Shown here: piece by piece, positions 51,990 through 64,000 of the stretch
How positions within the stretch are numbered: position 1 is the stretch's first letter
Layout of the letters: each line of letters opens with the position of its first letter
NCBI RefSeq assembly: GCF_026210795.1
Contig: NC_089430.1
Coordinates: 4,526,001 to 4,590,000 of the forward strand
Length of the DNA: 64,000 nt
DNA from: Rhizophagus irregularis
Lineage: Eukaryota
Direction: 5' to 3'
Notes under the pieces: model-generated
The model's input: only the letters and a program-made list of their open reading frames with translations
Databases searched by the model: none
Told to the model about the DNA's origin: nothing
Made by a program: the position numbers and the translations under genes

Positions 51990-52376
51990 TAGGGATGGCA
52001 ACGGTCACGGTCATTAACCGGTTATGACCGGTCATGACCGTGACCGATATCGGTCGGTCAAAGACCTCTGACCGACCGTTTGACCGACCGTTTAACCGAT
52101 CCTGAAAACGTTTGCGAAACGTAATTTAATAAAAAAAATGTTTCGCAAACGTTTTTTTAATTATTTTAATAGAAAACGTTGCGAAAACGTTTTTTATTAA
52201 GTATTTCAATTGAATTACGTTTCGCAAACGTTTTCAGGATCGGTTAACCAGTCGGTCAAACGGTCGGTTAACCGGTCGGTCAGACCGGTCGGTCAAACGG
52301 TCGGTCGGTCGGTCAAAGGTTCTTGACCGGTTATGACCGACCGATGACCGACCATGACCGACCGTTGCCATCCCTA
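51990..52376. mobile_element. hAT (Ac-like) MITE, 387 bp, 8-bp TSD GTAACAAT
   Basis: GTAACAAT|TAGGGATGGCAACGGTC...GACCGTTGCCATCCCTA|GTAACAAT with GACC/GGTC subterminal repeats. The paralogous 3' flank at ~43690 lacks it. Confidence 0.95.
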
Positions 52377-53418
52377 GTAACAATGTTTGCAATATCCTTA
52401 GTTTGTAATTTAAATAATTCATTTTATTTATTTAACTACAACTATATAAACTTAATTATTCCATATTAAAATTTCAATACATGTTTCTTTTTTTTTGTCC
52501 AGACCATATAATTTTTACAAATATTTGTCAGCAGTATGAATGTTTTCCCTTTAGTAAGGATTCCAGAGCTTTGTTTGTTCTTGTCGAGACATCATTAGTA
52601 ATTGTTGAGAAATATGCTTCGTTTGATAAATTTTAGATCCTAGAAATTTACAAATAAATGTCATTAATATAATGTTCTTAATTCATAATTTAAATGATCC
52701 TTATATATGGGTTAATATTTAATCTAAATGAAATATATTTTTCATATCAGGATTAATTATAATTATAACTATTTTATATTAATAATTTGAAAAAAAGGAA
52801 TACATCATTACATTATATTATTTTCATAAATTTAGATAATACAGAAGTTATCATACAATTTTTTCCTAATTGCGCCAATAAAATTATGACTGGCGGTGAC
52901 ACAGTCGCCGTACATCAGAATCCTATAGTTTTTTATTTAAAAATAGTATGAGAGAAAAAATTGTGATCGGCGTGGCTTAGAAATTTTGATCATTTTCATT
53001 GACTAATATAATGATTTTTCGCTACCTCATTTTAAATAAATAAATAAATAAACAATTACACATACCTTACAATATAGCAAAAATGAATCTTTAACAAGAT
53101 TAATAGAAAACTCATTCGGGATTAGAGTTATAAGCCTTTTTTTCTTTGGCAAGAATCAAAATAAAGAATAAAAGAATAAAGTAATGGTCAAAACATTTTG
53201 GTGTAACTATCTCTGATATTTTGGAATAAATGGTATAGATTGCATGTGATATTACACAACCCTCATGATCATGTCGATCATCTGAAGTACGGTATATAAA
53301 GTACTGTATAAACCGTTCCAAATCGTTCCATTAACAATTATTTCCAACAAAAATTTTCAGTAGATGAATTTACAAGATAAAAAGATTTTAACAATAAAAT
53401 TTTTAATTTAATTTTGCC

Positions 53419-55078
53419 ATGCATCCATTAGATGGAAAAGAACGAATACGCGAATGCTATCGATGCAAACAAATAAGTGATACAAAAAGTAAATATTGTG
53501 AAAGTTGTATTTCAAAAAATAATGAGGAAATATATGGAAGATGTATGGAATGTAATGAAATAATTACAGGAAAGAATTGGTGTCAAACTTGTAATTCAAA
53601 AAGATTTCAACAAAATTTTGATAAATGGGCTAGTGGTAATGATGATATTGATAAGTTCATTCAAAATACTCAATTATCAGCAAAAAATTGTTGTCAAATA
53701 TTAGAGTGGATACCATATAATAGATTTAATAACCCTGTATTTATTGCAGAAGGTGGATTTGGTGAAGTTCATAAAGCAACATGGAAAGATGGCTATATTT
53801 CACACTGGGATACGGGTAAGAATCAATGGAGTAGACTTAATAAAAGTAAACTTGTAGCTCTTAAAAGTTTAAGTAAATCACAAAATATTACAATGGAATT
53901 TATTAATGAGGTATAATTTACACTGTATATTTTAATATGATTTAAATTATTGTTTACTAATTAATTATTTACGATAATTAGATTACAATCCATTTAAGAA
54001 TACAGAGAGTCAAGGCACCGCAACAAGTTATTAGATGTTATGGAATATCTTTAGATCCCAAAACAAAAAACTATATTATGGTTATGAATTATGCTAAAAG
54101 GGGGAATCTACTAAGTTATTTGAACGAAAAAAGAAAAGATATGAATAAAAAATATAAAATAGATAAATGGCCTCAAGTGAATTTGGATTTGAACTTGCAG
54201 ATGTGGAAATCTAAATTTGATATGTTATTTAATATTTCAAGTGGGCTTTATAAAATTCATGGCAAAAGATTAATTCATCGAGACTTGCATATTGGAAATA
54301 TAGTATGTGATTCAATCCCATGTATAACTGATATGGGATTATGTAAACCAGCAAATTATAATGAATTAGAAAGTAAGGAAGATAAGTTTGGTGTTATATC
54401 TTATTTGGCACCTGAAATTTTAAGAGGAGGAAATTACACCCAAGCATCTGATATTTACAGTTTGGGCATAATTATATATGTAGTAATTTCAGAATCGCCT
54501 CCATATAAAAATATTGCTCATGACCTTTTATTTGCATTAAATATCTGTGATGGATTAAGACCCGAATTTTATATTAAAGTACCCCAAATAATTTTGCATT
54601 TAATTAAAAGATGTTTGGATGCAGATCCATTAAAACGACCAGACATAAGAGAACTTGCAAGAACATTTCATGGATGGCGAGAAGAATATAATAAGTATTA
54701 TATAAAGAATGAAGAGAATCAAGAAGAATTAACTCGAACGGAATTAATCGAACAAATTGAAGAAGCTGAAAAAATTAATAAATCATTACTTAATAATTCG
54801 TCTATGACAAATAAAAAGCATCCTGGAGCTATTTATAAAAGTATACCATTTAATTTTGAAAATCTTTCTGAACCAAAAAATTCTGATGATTATTATAAGT
54901 CATATGAAAATATATCAAGCAAAAAATATTCAGGTATTTAAATTAACATAATTTAACTATAATAGACTAATTTACTTGGCTATCTATCAAAGTTATTTAT
55001 ATCAATTACTAATCATTTACAGAAAGTGTTCTAAAGTCAGACAATAGCAATGATTTTGAATCATTTAGAATTGATTGA
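53419..55078 (+). CDS. TKL protein kinase with two N-terminal CxxC pairs, apparently intact
   Basis: Exons 53419-53910, 53982-54933 and ~55023-55078; GGFGEVH, VALK, HRDLHIGN, DMG and APE motifs. Confidence 0.9.
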
Positions 55079-56199
55079 ATCTACTGTATGAACAAACGTA
55101 AGTTTAATTAAATGTGAATGTGATTTCATTAATAGTAATATTATTAATAAACCTTCTAATTTCATAGACATTAAAATATTCATAGGTTGTCATCGAAGAT
55201 GATAAATATATTTTGATTTACTTATCTATTTATTATTTTTTTATATATTTTAAAGTATATGTATTTTTGTTCAACACTGATTATAGAGCTATCATTTCTT
55301 AATATAAATAAAAATCAGTTTGTAATTGAGCAATATACGAGACAAATTTTAAATTAAATTTTGGGCTATTAGTAATTTTTTTTCACTACACCGTACTTAA
55401 TATTAAATAAAATTCTGACGATTATTATTAAATATCAAATAATTTTTGTCTCCGTCTCAAATAGGCTTTTACTTATTCAAGCTGCTTATATAAAATTTCT
55501 TAATCTTTTAAAGTCTATTTGAAGTAAAAGTTCTTCAAATTCTAATAATAAACTATTGTGTTTAAAAAAATATATTTACAGTGAATTTTACCGAAATTTT
55601 TAATTTTGGCCAATAATCGTTTGATAATATTAATAAGTCACGCGGACAATATTTGCACTTGATACTAAATAACTTTATAACCTTTTGAGATGTGATGGAC
55701 TTGTTCAAAATATTGTAAATAATAATTATCTGATTTATAAATTCAGTTCGTAACAGTATCGGAATAAATTAATGCGTTATTAATTATTCTTGATAAGTGT
55801 AATTTTTTGGATAAACTAAATACACAAACGAGAAAAGAATTTTGAATAGATACGTCTCTTAATTCTGAGATATTTTTGTAAACATCACTAAAAATTTATA
55901 AAAATTAGCTATCTATTCGATTTATAATTCTTTAAAAAAAAGAACGTGAGAGAAATTGCGAAATATAATTATAATTATAATTATAACCTAATAATTGTTT
56001 ATAATCGGTCGGCATTAGATTGAATTTTTAAGCTCTTAATAAAAAAAAAAAGAAAGAAATATTGAAGTTATTGTTTTATAAAATTAACTTTCACCTGAAG
56101 TCTTAACTTTCTATTTTCGTGACACGGAATTTCCAAATTAATGGCGCCTACTTCTAATACTCAAAATTTAACTGTCAAGAAACAATCCCGATAGGACAG

Positions 56200-56720
56200 G
56201 AGTTAAAACAAAATTTTCTTGTTATTCATTTAATTAAAAGATGCTTAGATGCAAATCCATTAAATCGAAAATAAAATTAAAGAAATTTTAGATCAAATTT
56301 GATAGTCAAACAGAACCACAAGAACAAATTGAAGAAGCAGAGGAAATCAATAATAATTTGCCAACCAGTAATGTACCTTTAACTAGTTTATCATATGAAA
56401 CATTCTGAAGCTGTTTATACAAGTGGATTACTTAATAATTTTCCTGAACCAAAAAATTCTGATGATTATTATGATGAACAAAATGACAATATAATTAGTG
56501 AAAAATTTTCAGGTAATTAATAATTTTGTAAATTAATTATGAAAAATGCTAATAAATTTTATTTCATTAAACAGAATCTTTACAAATTGATTTTTCTCAG
56601 TTGAAAATTAGTGATGCTGGTATGTATAATGATAGACTAATGTATTGTTTTTTACTTTTATTATATTAAATATTAAACATAATAATATTTTTCAATATTA
56701 CAGATGGAACAAAAAGAAAT
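56200..56720 (+). pseudogene. 3' relic of a TKL kinase of the 13849/18062 subfamily
   Basis: IHLIKRCLDANPLNR ... EAVYTSGLL..PEPKNSDDYYDEQNDNIISEKFS plus the terminal small exons; frameshifted and lacking its 5' part. Confidence 0.88.
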
Positions 56721-57129
56721 TTTAGTAAACTAGCTTATTTATGATAGTAACTTTTATTATAGTTACAGGTACTTGACCTTATCTTATATTTGTATATTCA
56801 TACATTATAATGCATTTATTTATTTCATATACTGTACAGTATTATATAAATTAAATTAAATAAATATGAATTATTTTTATTTCTTTTAATTTGTATTTAC
56901 GAAATACCTTGGATCTTAAATTATTTTAAAAATTTAATATAAATGAATGTGCTTAACGTTCGGAAAATGAAAATGAGATTTTATTTTAGCAATCCGATCA
57001 AATAATCATAATTTACACTTATTTGTAATGTATAGTAAATGAAAATTTTCTTTCTTTCGTACATACAAGAATAATGCACTCGTGTGCATCTCGATGAAGA
57101 ATTAACATCGCTTTCACATCACCTCATCC

Positions 57130-57610
57130 TCATTTTCTTCTATCTTATCAGCAGATTTACATTTGTTGATATGAAACAGTTTAATAAGTATGGAAATTTT
57201 CATGTTAAACAAATTTAATGAAAAAAATAATTTATTAATACATTTCAAAGATGGAATGTGGATGTCGTTATTAGTGGATAATCTTCTTTATTTAGGGAGT
57301 TGTTTTTTGTCGTTTTCACCATATAAATAAAATTGATAAACTTTTTTTTTATTCTTTAACATGAACATTTTGTTAAGGTTGCAAGGAATTAGAAAATTGG
57401 AAAATATAAATTATATATCGTTACTGCTATATTAAACCTTAAAAAGAATTATTTTATATTGTATAGTATTCGACTAAAGCAAGTTTACTTGAAACAATTG
57501 CTTCAACATATAACGAATCTTGAAAATAATTTGAATGACTATTGATGATATGAATAAGGCGTCCTGACAATCTGCGACGAAATATTATCAGAGATCACAA
57601 ACTTTCATCA
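57130..57610 (+). pseudogene. Heavily decayed paralog (copy 5) of the 1141-3326 gene
   Basis: tgaacattttgttaagg (57362) is the reverse complement of copy 4 exon 5. tagaaaattggaaaat and attgatgatatgaataa match exons 5 and 7 in the right order. Confidence 0.6.
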
Positions 57611-57699
57611 TTCTTAATTTGTTTTATTAAAAATTCTTATTAATTGTATATATTTTTTCTTTACTTATTAATAATTTTTGTTGTTTAGTCTATTAGGAT

Positions 57700-58010
57700 C
57701 GTATTTTTTATCAATAGCTAAATAATTAATATCAAATATATTTGCAATCATATAGACTACTATTTTAAAGCATGATCTTTGTCTCATTGATGCAATATCT
57801 ATTAGTATTATTCTACATAAAATTTTTAATACAATCGACAGGCCAGAACTATATTTCTTCCAGCTGAACAAAAGATTTTTTGCCCACAAGTTAAATCCAA
57901 GAATTTATTCTATATTTTTCTTCATTGTAATTTTTTGCTCTTTTAAAAAAATATGATTGGGTAATAAATTGCTGTTAAATTGTCGATGCCAAACATTTAT
58001 GTATTTTTTA
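57700..58010 (-). mobile_element. Possible degenerate MULE transposase C-terminal fragment
   Basis: Minus strand reads VWHRQFNSNLLPNHIFLKEQKITMKKNIE*ILG, resembling the EGWHxxFN...KKEQ...IEQIL segment of Mutator-like transposases; stops are present. Confidence 0.35.
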
Positions 58011-58382
58011 AAATGTGCCAAAACAATTGGCTAGGTGGATTGCGCCAATGTTAATGTTGTACGAACAAAGAAATGAACATATCTACTGGTATTTGATTTT
58101 TTGATAGAAAATAAAATATCCAATCAGTAAGGGGATGGCCAGAAATGACTCATTTCCTAAGGGGGGAGCCGGGGAGCACGTCCGAAATGTGTGACAGGTT
58201 ACGCCGATAATGTGGCGCAACTGTCAATCACCTGCCTCCGTTGGTAATAATTCAACCTGCTGGCAATCCTAGTTTCGAATTACAATTCAAAATTGCGAAT
58301 ATACCATATTTAAAGTTGCTATACAAGATTATGCCGTAAGTTGTCAGGAATTAATTTTTGAAAATCACTTTTACTATCGGTC

Positions 58383-58516
58383 TCCCAGTAAATAGTTTTT
58401 GTATAAATTTGTCTCTAGATTGGCATAAATTTGGATTATTTTTTTGCATAAATTTGAGCTAATTTCAAGCCAATGAGCCCGTTTGGTATAAATTTATACA
58501 AAAACTATTATTGGGA
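58383..58516. mobile_element. Small MITE (~134 bp)
   Basis: TCCCAGTAAATAGTTTTTGTATAAATTT ... AAATTTATACAAAAACTATTATTGGGA inverted repeat, flanked by TC on both sides. Confidence 0.7.
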
Positions 58517-61500
58517 TCTGATATAATCAACTTACCTTTTACAAACAAGGGCCGAAAGTAGACTAGCAGAAATTAAACTAATAAAACTTAATCCCGGTCA
58601 GAATTAAGTTTTATCTATAGTGTGGAACCAGTCCTTTTAAAATAATGACAATAATGACTATTCATTTTCCAAAACAAATTGTGAAATAAAAATTAAGGAA
58701 AGAGAAATAATTAATTAAAGTCGCTACACCCTGAACATTACCATTATGTCACTTATGGCACAAAGTTACAATTTTATAACAATATGCCACAATTTTACAA
58801 CCTGCTACAACTATTATGGCAACCAACATTATACCAATTCACTTTATAGCTAAAAAATCTTGATATATAAAGAAAATTAATTATAAATTAATTTGCTTGC
58901 AGCGAGCACAATAATGATATGAGATTATGACGAAAAATTAAGGAGTGCCTATTTATTAGGAATAATACAAACAAGGCTAAATTGGGAGTTCTCTATCACC
59001 TGATTCAAAAATACGTTAAAACTTAAAACCCGTGCACAATTAATCATAATCTATTTAATTGTTTGTCTATTCAAGGAGTAAACTTATTTAATTACTCGCT
59101 TATTTTAATTGTGAAAATATATTTTTAATGAATGTCCAGCAATAGAAACATGAGCTATGATCCGATTTGCACAATATCATTTTCATGTAGCAATTAAGAT
59201 TACAGGGACAGAAATTTACAAAATAACAAATGATGTACACATTCAATAAAACGTTTTTTAAAATTCAATCAACCAAAGTACTCAGCAAACCATTCAGATA
59301 ATGTTACTACTTGGCCAACCAACTCTAAGGCTGAAGTTGGTAGAAAATTTTCAGCAGCTAATACATATGGGCGGATTTGATTCACGGGATAAAATTACTT
59401 TATTGCCTCATTGGTCCTTTTGTGTAATACTAAACTGATCAGCAAACACATGATTTCACATCAGGTGAGTTGCAGATCAAATTTTTTTTTTTTGAACTTG
59501 CCAATGTTAAAAAAAAAAATATTTTTTAAAAAAGCGTGTTTTAACCCATCCGACATAGTCACAACCCATCTAACTTAGGGTATGTCAGTTTGTGAGTTGT
59601 ATGAATATTTAGTGCTGGAGATTTTTTTTTATTCTTTTGGCTAGTTTTCTATTTCTTTTTTTTTGTTTTTACCTTTTAGATTAAAGAACTTTTTTAAAAA
59701 AAATATTGTTCTAAATTCTTCTTTTTTGCTTATATAGGTTCATTTGAGAAGACTTATTGTAGAGATATTTGAAAGTGAATTTTTGAAAAGAGTTTGGTTG
59801 GTTATCTTTATATTTCACTATTTTTTTTTCGTAAGTGGTAATGTTTTTTTTCTTATTATACTTTAAATTTAAGGTATTATAAATACTATAATAGATTAAA
59901 TTTATAATTTAAAATCAATTTTTAAGTTTTAACTTGTAGACTCATATACTACTTGTGTACTTTTTAAAATTATAAATTAAATTGAATGTAAAAAAACATT
60001 TTAGTGTTATCATATGATGTTACACTGATCTACATATCATAAATCTGGCCAAAATTATGTTAATTCCGGCTAAAATTAAAATCGATCAAAATTGTATTTT
60101 TTTCTAATCACACATCTTTATGGATATCGTGTAACGCATCCTTAACTTTGCTGTGCCTGCATAAGGCAAAAATTCAGCATATTTAGGTGATGAAACAAAT
60201 CCGCCGATATGACACCTGCAACCACCGGGAAGATCAATATAATAATTGAATAAAGAATAAATTTTTATTAAAGCCCATTCTCCAATATAAATCAACTATT
60301 TTTGCAATAGCTTGTTCAATTAACACAGCAAGATATGAATTTGCTTGATTTGATTCTTTAACGTCACTTGTTAATGATTTAATGATAAGAATAAGACAGT
60401 GTTACGATTTGTTTTTTTTCTATAGGATATATTAGGATATATTAGGTTGTATTAGTTTAGGTTATGTATCTTTAGTTTATTTTATTTTATTTTTATATAT
60501 TATTTAATTTATTTTTATGCGTATAGACGGAAAATAGGAGGCTTAGTGTCTTAGAGATGGCTGGGTGGCTAAGATCAAGGAGGCTTATTAAACAGGCAAA
60601 ATCGTGACGATCGGCGAATTTGGCCGGGAGAAAAAATTGGCCGGATGCTAAATTTGTCCGATAAGAAAATTCGTACCAGATTTCAGATGATAAATATACA
60701 GCTGATGGTGAAGGTTTTGGGAAGTAGAGTAGAGAGAAAATACTTGGTTTTATTTTCAAAAGATAAATAAAATACGATATTACTGCCTCTATCGGCTGTA
60801 ATATTTGTATATCTAAGTGTTAATTAACCCCGTTCCGATTTATTACAATTCGTTTATTTCTTCAAAATGTTCACTATCCTATATTGACTTTTGGTTACAT
60901 ATCGTTTTGTTATTATTTATACACAGTTTCACTCCGATTATAAACAGATTAATAAATACACGTTTTAATTACTTTATCGTTTATTTATCAATTGCTTATT
61001 ATTTGCACATACATTAACCGATTTGCTTTAACACCTGACATTTAACGTCATATTACCTTGCGATTACTAACTGATCCTTATTTATTTTTCTGTTACTACC
61101 TGACCGAACGTTAATAATCGGTGGTAACAACAGCTATAGTCAGAAAAATATTGAAAAGACGAAGAATCTATAGGTTAATTGTGTAAATCTCTGTTGCGAA
61201 TAAGTATAAACAAAAAGCAAACAAAACAAAACAAATCATACTCCTTTTTTACGATATTTCTTTCTATCATCTTAAACTCAATATAAGTTTTTTTTCTGCA
61301 TAGGTTCTAAGATTATCGCAAAACCTTTGATATTTTTCGGGCAAATCGTCATAAATCGTTGTAAATTTTCCGGAAGTCTTGCAGGTGTACCGTCTGTATT
61401 TTCGTTTTCAGGTGCTTTAATTATAACAGAAATGACAGTATATATTCTTATCTTCTGTCATGTTTGGAAGTGTAGATCTAGTTTATGCTGTATTTTAATG

Positions 61501-61936
61501 TTGTCAGTTTTTTTTTTATTAAAAGCGAAAAACATACATTCGATCTTACATTTGTCATTTATACTGGGTGAGTGACACATGACACCAAATTTTTTGTCTG
61601 ACGCTCACGTGACTAGTACATCTTTATAACGTCAACCTCTGATCCTTTCTTTAATAGTTTGTCTTTTTGTTCTTTTGTTCTTTTGTTCTTTTGTTGTCCT
61701 TATTCGTTTCTGGATGTACAGATTGTACAGTACAACTTTAATTTTCGTCAGCTATTGGAATTTGGAAATTTCGGTAACATTAATATCATATGATCTTCAG
61801 GTTGATCTTTAAAATTTTTTAATTTCTATTTCGCCCTTTTATATTGTAACTGCAATTTTTTAGTTCAATCTTCCCTAATTTTTACAATTCCGTAGTAATA
61901 AATATAATTATTCCATTAATCCAAAAGATTTTTTTA

Positions 61937-63973
61937 ATGGATAAAGAAAAGAGGACTAAATCATTATATATTAATAATGAAAAAAATTGGAAATGTAAAG
62001 AATGTAAATATACGTGTAACGCACTACATTATCAACGAAATTTCAAAAATTGGACTAGCGGTAATAATGTTATTGATAAATTTATTCAAGATATTCAAAT
62101 ATCAGCACATGGAAAAATAAAAGCATTTGAATGGATACCTTATAATAAATTTAATAATATTGAATATACTTTGAAAGAATTTGGAGAAGTATATAGAGCA
62201 ACTTGGACTAAAAATATGTTTATAATCCTAAAAACTCTAGAAAATCCAGATGATATTGCTTCAGAATTTATGAACGAGGTAAAATTAAAAAAAAAATTAT
62301 TATTTATGAAAATTTTGATTATAATTTTTTCCTAATATATTTATATTTTATATTTTGTATAGGCTACGATAAATCATAAATTTTATGGAATAACTCAAGA
62401 TCCAAAAAAGAAAAAATATATGTTCGTTTTAGATGATATATGCGAAAAATGTAATTATGTTTGTGAATCAATACATTTTCAACAAAATTTTAAAAATTGG
62501 ACAAGTGGTAATAATGATATCGATAAACTTATTCAAAGTTCTCAGTTATCAGCACATTCAACCTATGAAATAAGGAGTTCATTAGAATGGATACCTTATA
62601 ATAAATTTTTTAATATTGAATATATTGCAAAAGGAGGGTTTGATAGGGTATATAAAGCAAATCGGATTGACAGACATAAAAAAGATAAAAATATAATTGT
62701 GGCTTTGAAATTTTTAGATAACTCAAAAAATGTTACATTAAAGTTTATGAATGAGGTAATAATTAGTTCAATTTCTAAGGTTTGAAATATATTAAATATA
62801 TTATAATTTTATTTTAGTATTAACGCAATTTATTTTATATATAGATTACATTACATTATAAAGAAGGTGCAAATAACGGTTTTATTGTTGGATTTTATAG
62901 AATAACTCAAGAACCAAAAACGAAAAATTATGTAATGGTTTTGGAATATGCAAAGAATGGAAGTTTACGAAATTATTTAGATATAAATTATCATAAATTA
63001 AGTTGGAAGGATAAGATTTATCATATACTTAATATTGCATGTGGAGTTTTACATATTCATGAAAATGAATTAATTCATCGAGATTTACATATTGGTAATA
63101 TATTAATGACAGACTTTGATAAAATAACTGATATGGGATTATGTAAACCTGCAGATTACGATGCATCAAAAAATACAAAAAATAGTACATATGGTGTTTT
63201 ACCTTATATTGCTCCTGAAATTTTAAGAGGACAAAATTATACTAAAGCCTCTGATATTTATAGTTTTGGTATAATTATGTATGAAATGATTTCTGGTTTA
63301 CCTCCATACCGTGATGTAAGCCATGATGAAAATTTAGCAATAAAAATTTGCCAAGGGCTTAGACCGAAATTTAATATCAAAGTACCTCAATTAATTTTGC
63401 ATTTAATTAAAAGATGTCTAGATGCAAATCCGTTAAATCGACCTACAGCAAATGAAATTCAATCAATTATAGAAATATGGCGATATAAACCAAGTGATGA
63501 ACAAACGACAGAATTACAAAGACAAATTAAAGAAGCAGAAGAAATAAATAATAATTCATTAACGTGTAATGAGCCTACAACCCATTTAAGATTATCATAT
63601 GAAACACATTCAGAAGCTATTTACACTAGTAGATTACTTAATTTTAATAATCTTCCCGAACCAAAAAATTCTGACGATTATTATGAACATTACGATAATA
63701 TAACAAGCACGGAATATTCAGGTATTGTTAACTTTTTTTATTATAAAGACGAGTTATGAGAAAATAATTTAAAATTTAATTTTTTTAAACAGAATCCTTA
63801 CAAATCGATGTTTCTCAATCGAATATTATTGAAGACGGTAAATTTTTTAACTTGTATCTGTAATAATTGTTTTTTTATTTATGTTTAACATTTTTATTTC
63901 TATTTCTTATAATATTATAGACCAAAATATCAATTCTAATGACGAGGCACAGAATTTAGAACAAAAATCATAA
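61937..63973 (+). CDS. TKL protein kinase with a tandemly duplicated Cys module / N-lobe
   Basis: Exons 61937-62278, 62363-62755 and ~62846-63721 plus two small 3' exons. Two CxxCxxxC..WTSGN..EWIPY units precede one C-lobe (HRDLHIGN, DMG, APE). The Gly loop reads GGFDRVY. Confidence 0.85.
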
Positions 63974-64000
63974 TTAATTAATATTTTATATTTAGTAGCG

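Noticed and set aside
59130..60700. Short coding-like fragments and GGCCGG-type repeats
   Set aside because: Interrupted by stops with no family I can recognise; probably old gene or transposon debris.

Overview
Very AT-rich, intron-rich eukaryotic DNA. The expanded tyrosine-kinase-like (TKL) kinases with a Cys-rich 'WTSGN..IDKFIQ..EWIPY' N-terminus and the BTB relic point to an arbuscular mycorrhizal fungus (Rhizophagus-like; inferred from gene families only). The window holds nine TKL kinase loci ranging from intact to relic. An uncharacterised ~530-aa helical protein with a hydrophobic hairpin has been repeatedly co-duplicated with one kinase subfamily (one intact and four decayed copies). 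There is also a two-finger C2H2 transcription factor with an 18-bp coding repeat, a gene with four 3CxxC/ZAR1-like zinc modules, an aldo-keto reductase broken by an internal inversion and a 4.8-kb foldback insertion, and a BTB pseudogene. Many DNA transposons have exact ends and target-site duplications (TSDs): a 4.07-kb non-autonomous Helitron carrying a double-hairpin satellite, three hAT MITEs, a PIF/Harbinger MITE, a CCC-ended MITE family and an IS3EU-like foldback element. The most notable signals are codon-sized hypervariable patches in near-identical kinase paralogs and their persistent linkage to the hairpin protein. All gene models and alignments were done by eye.
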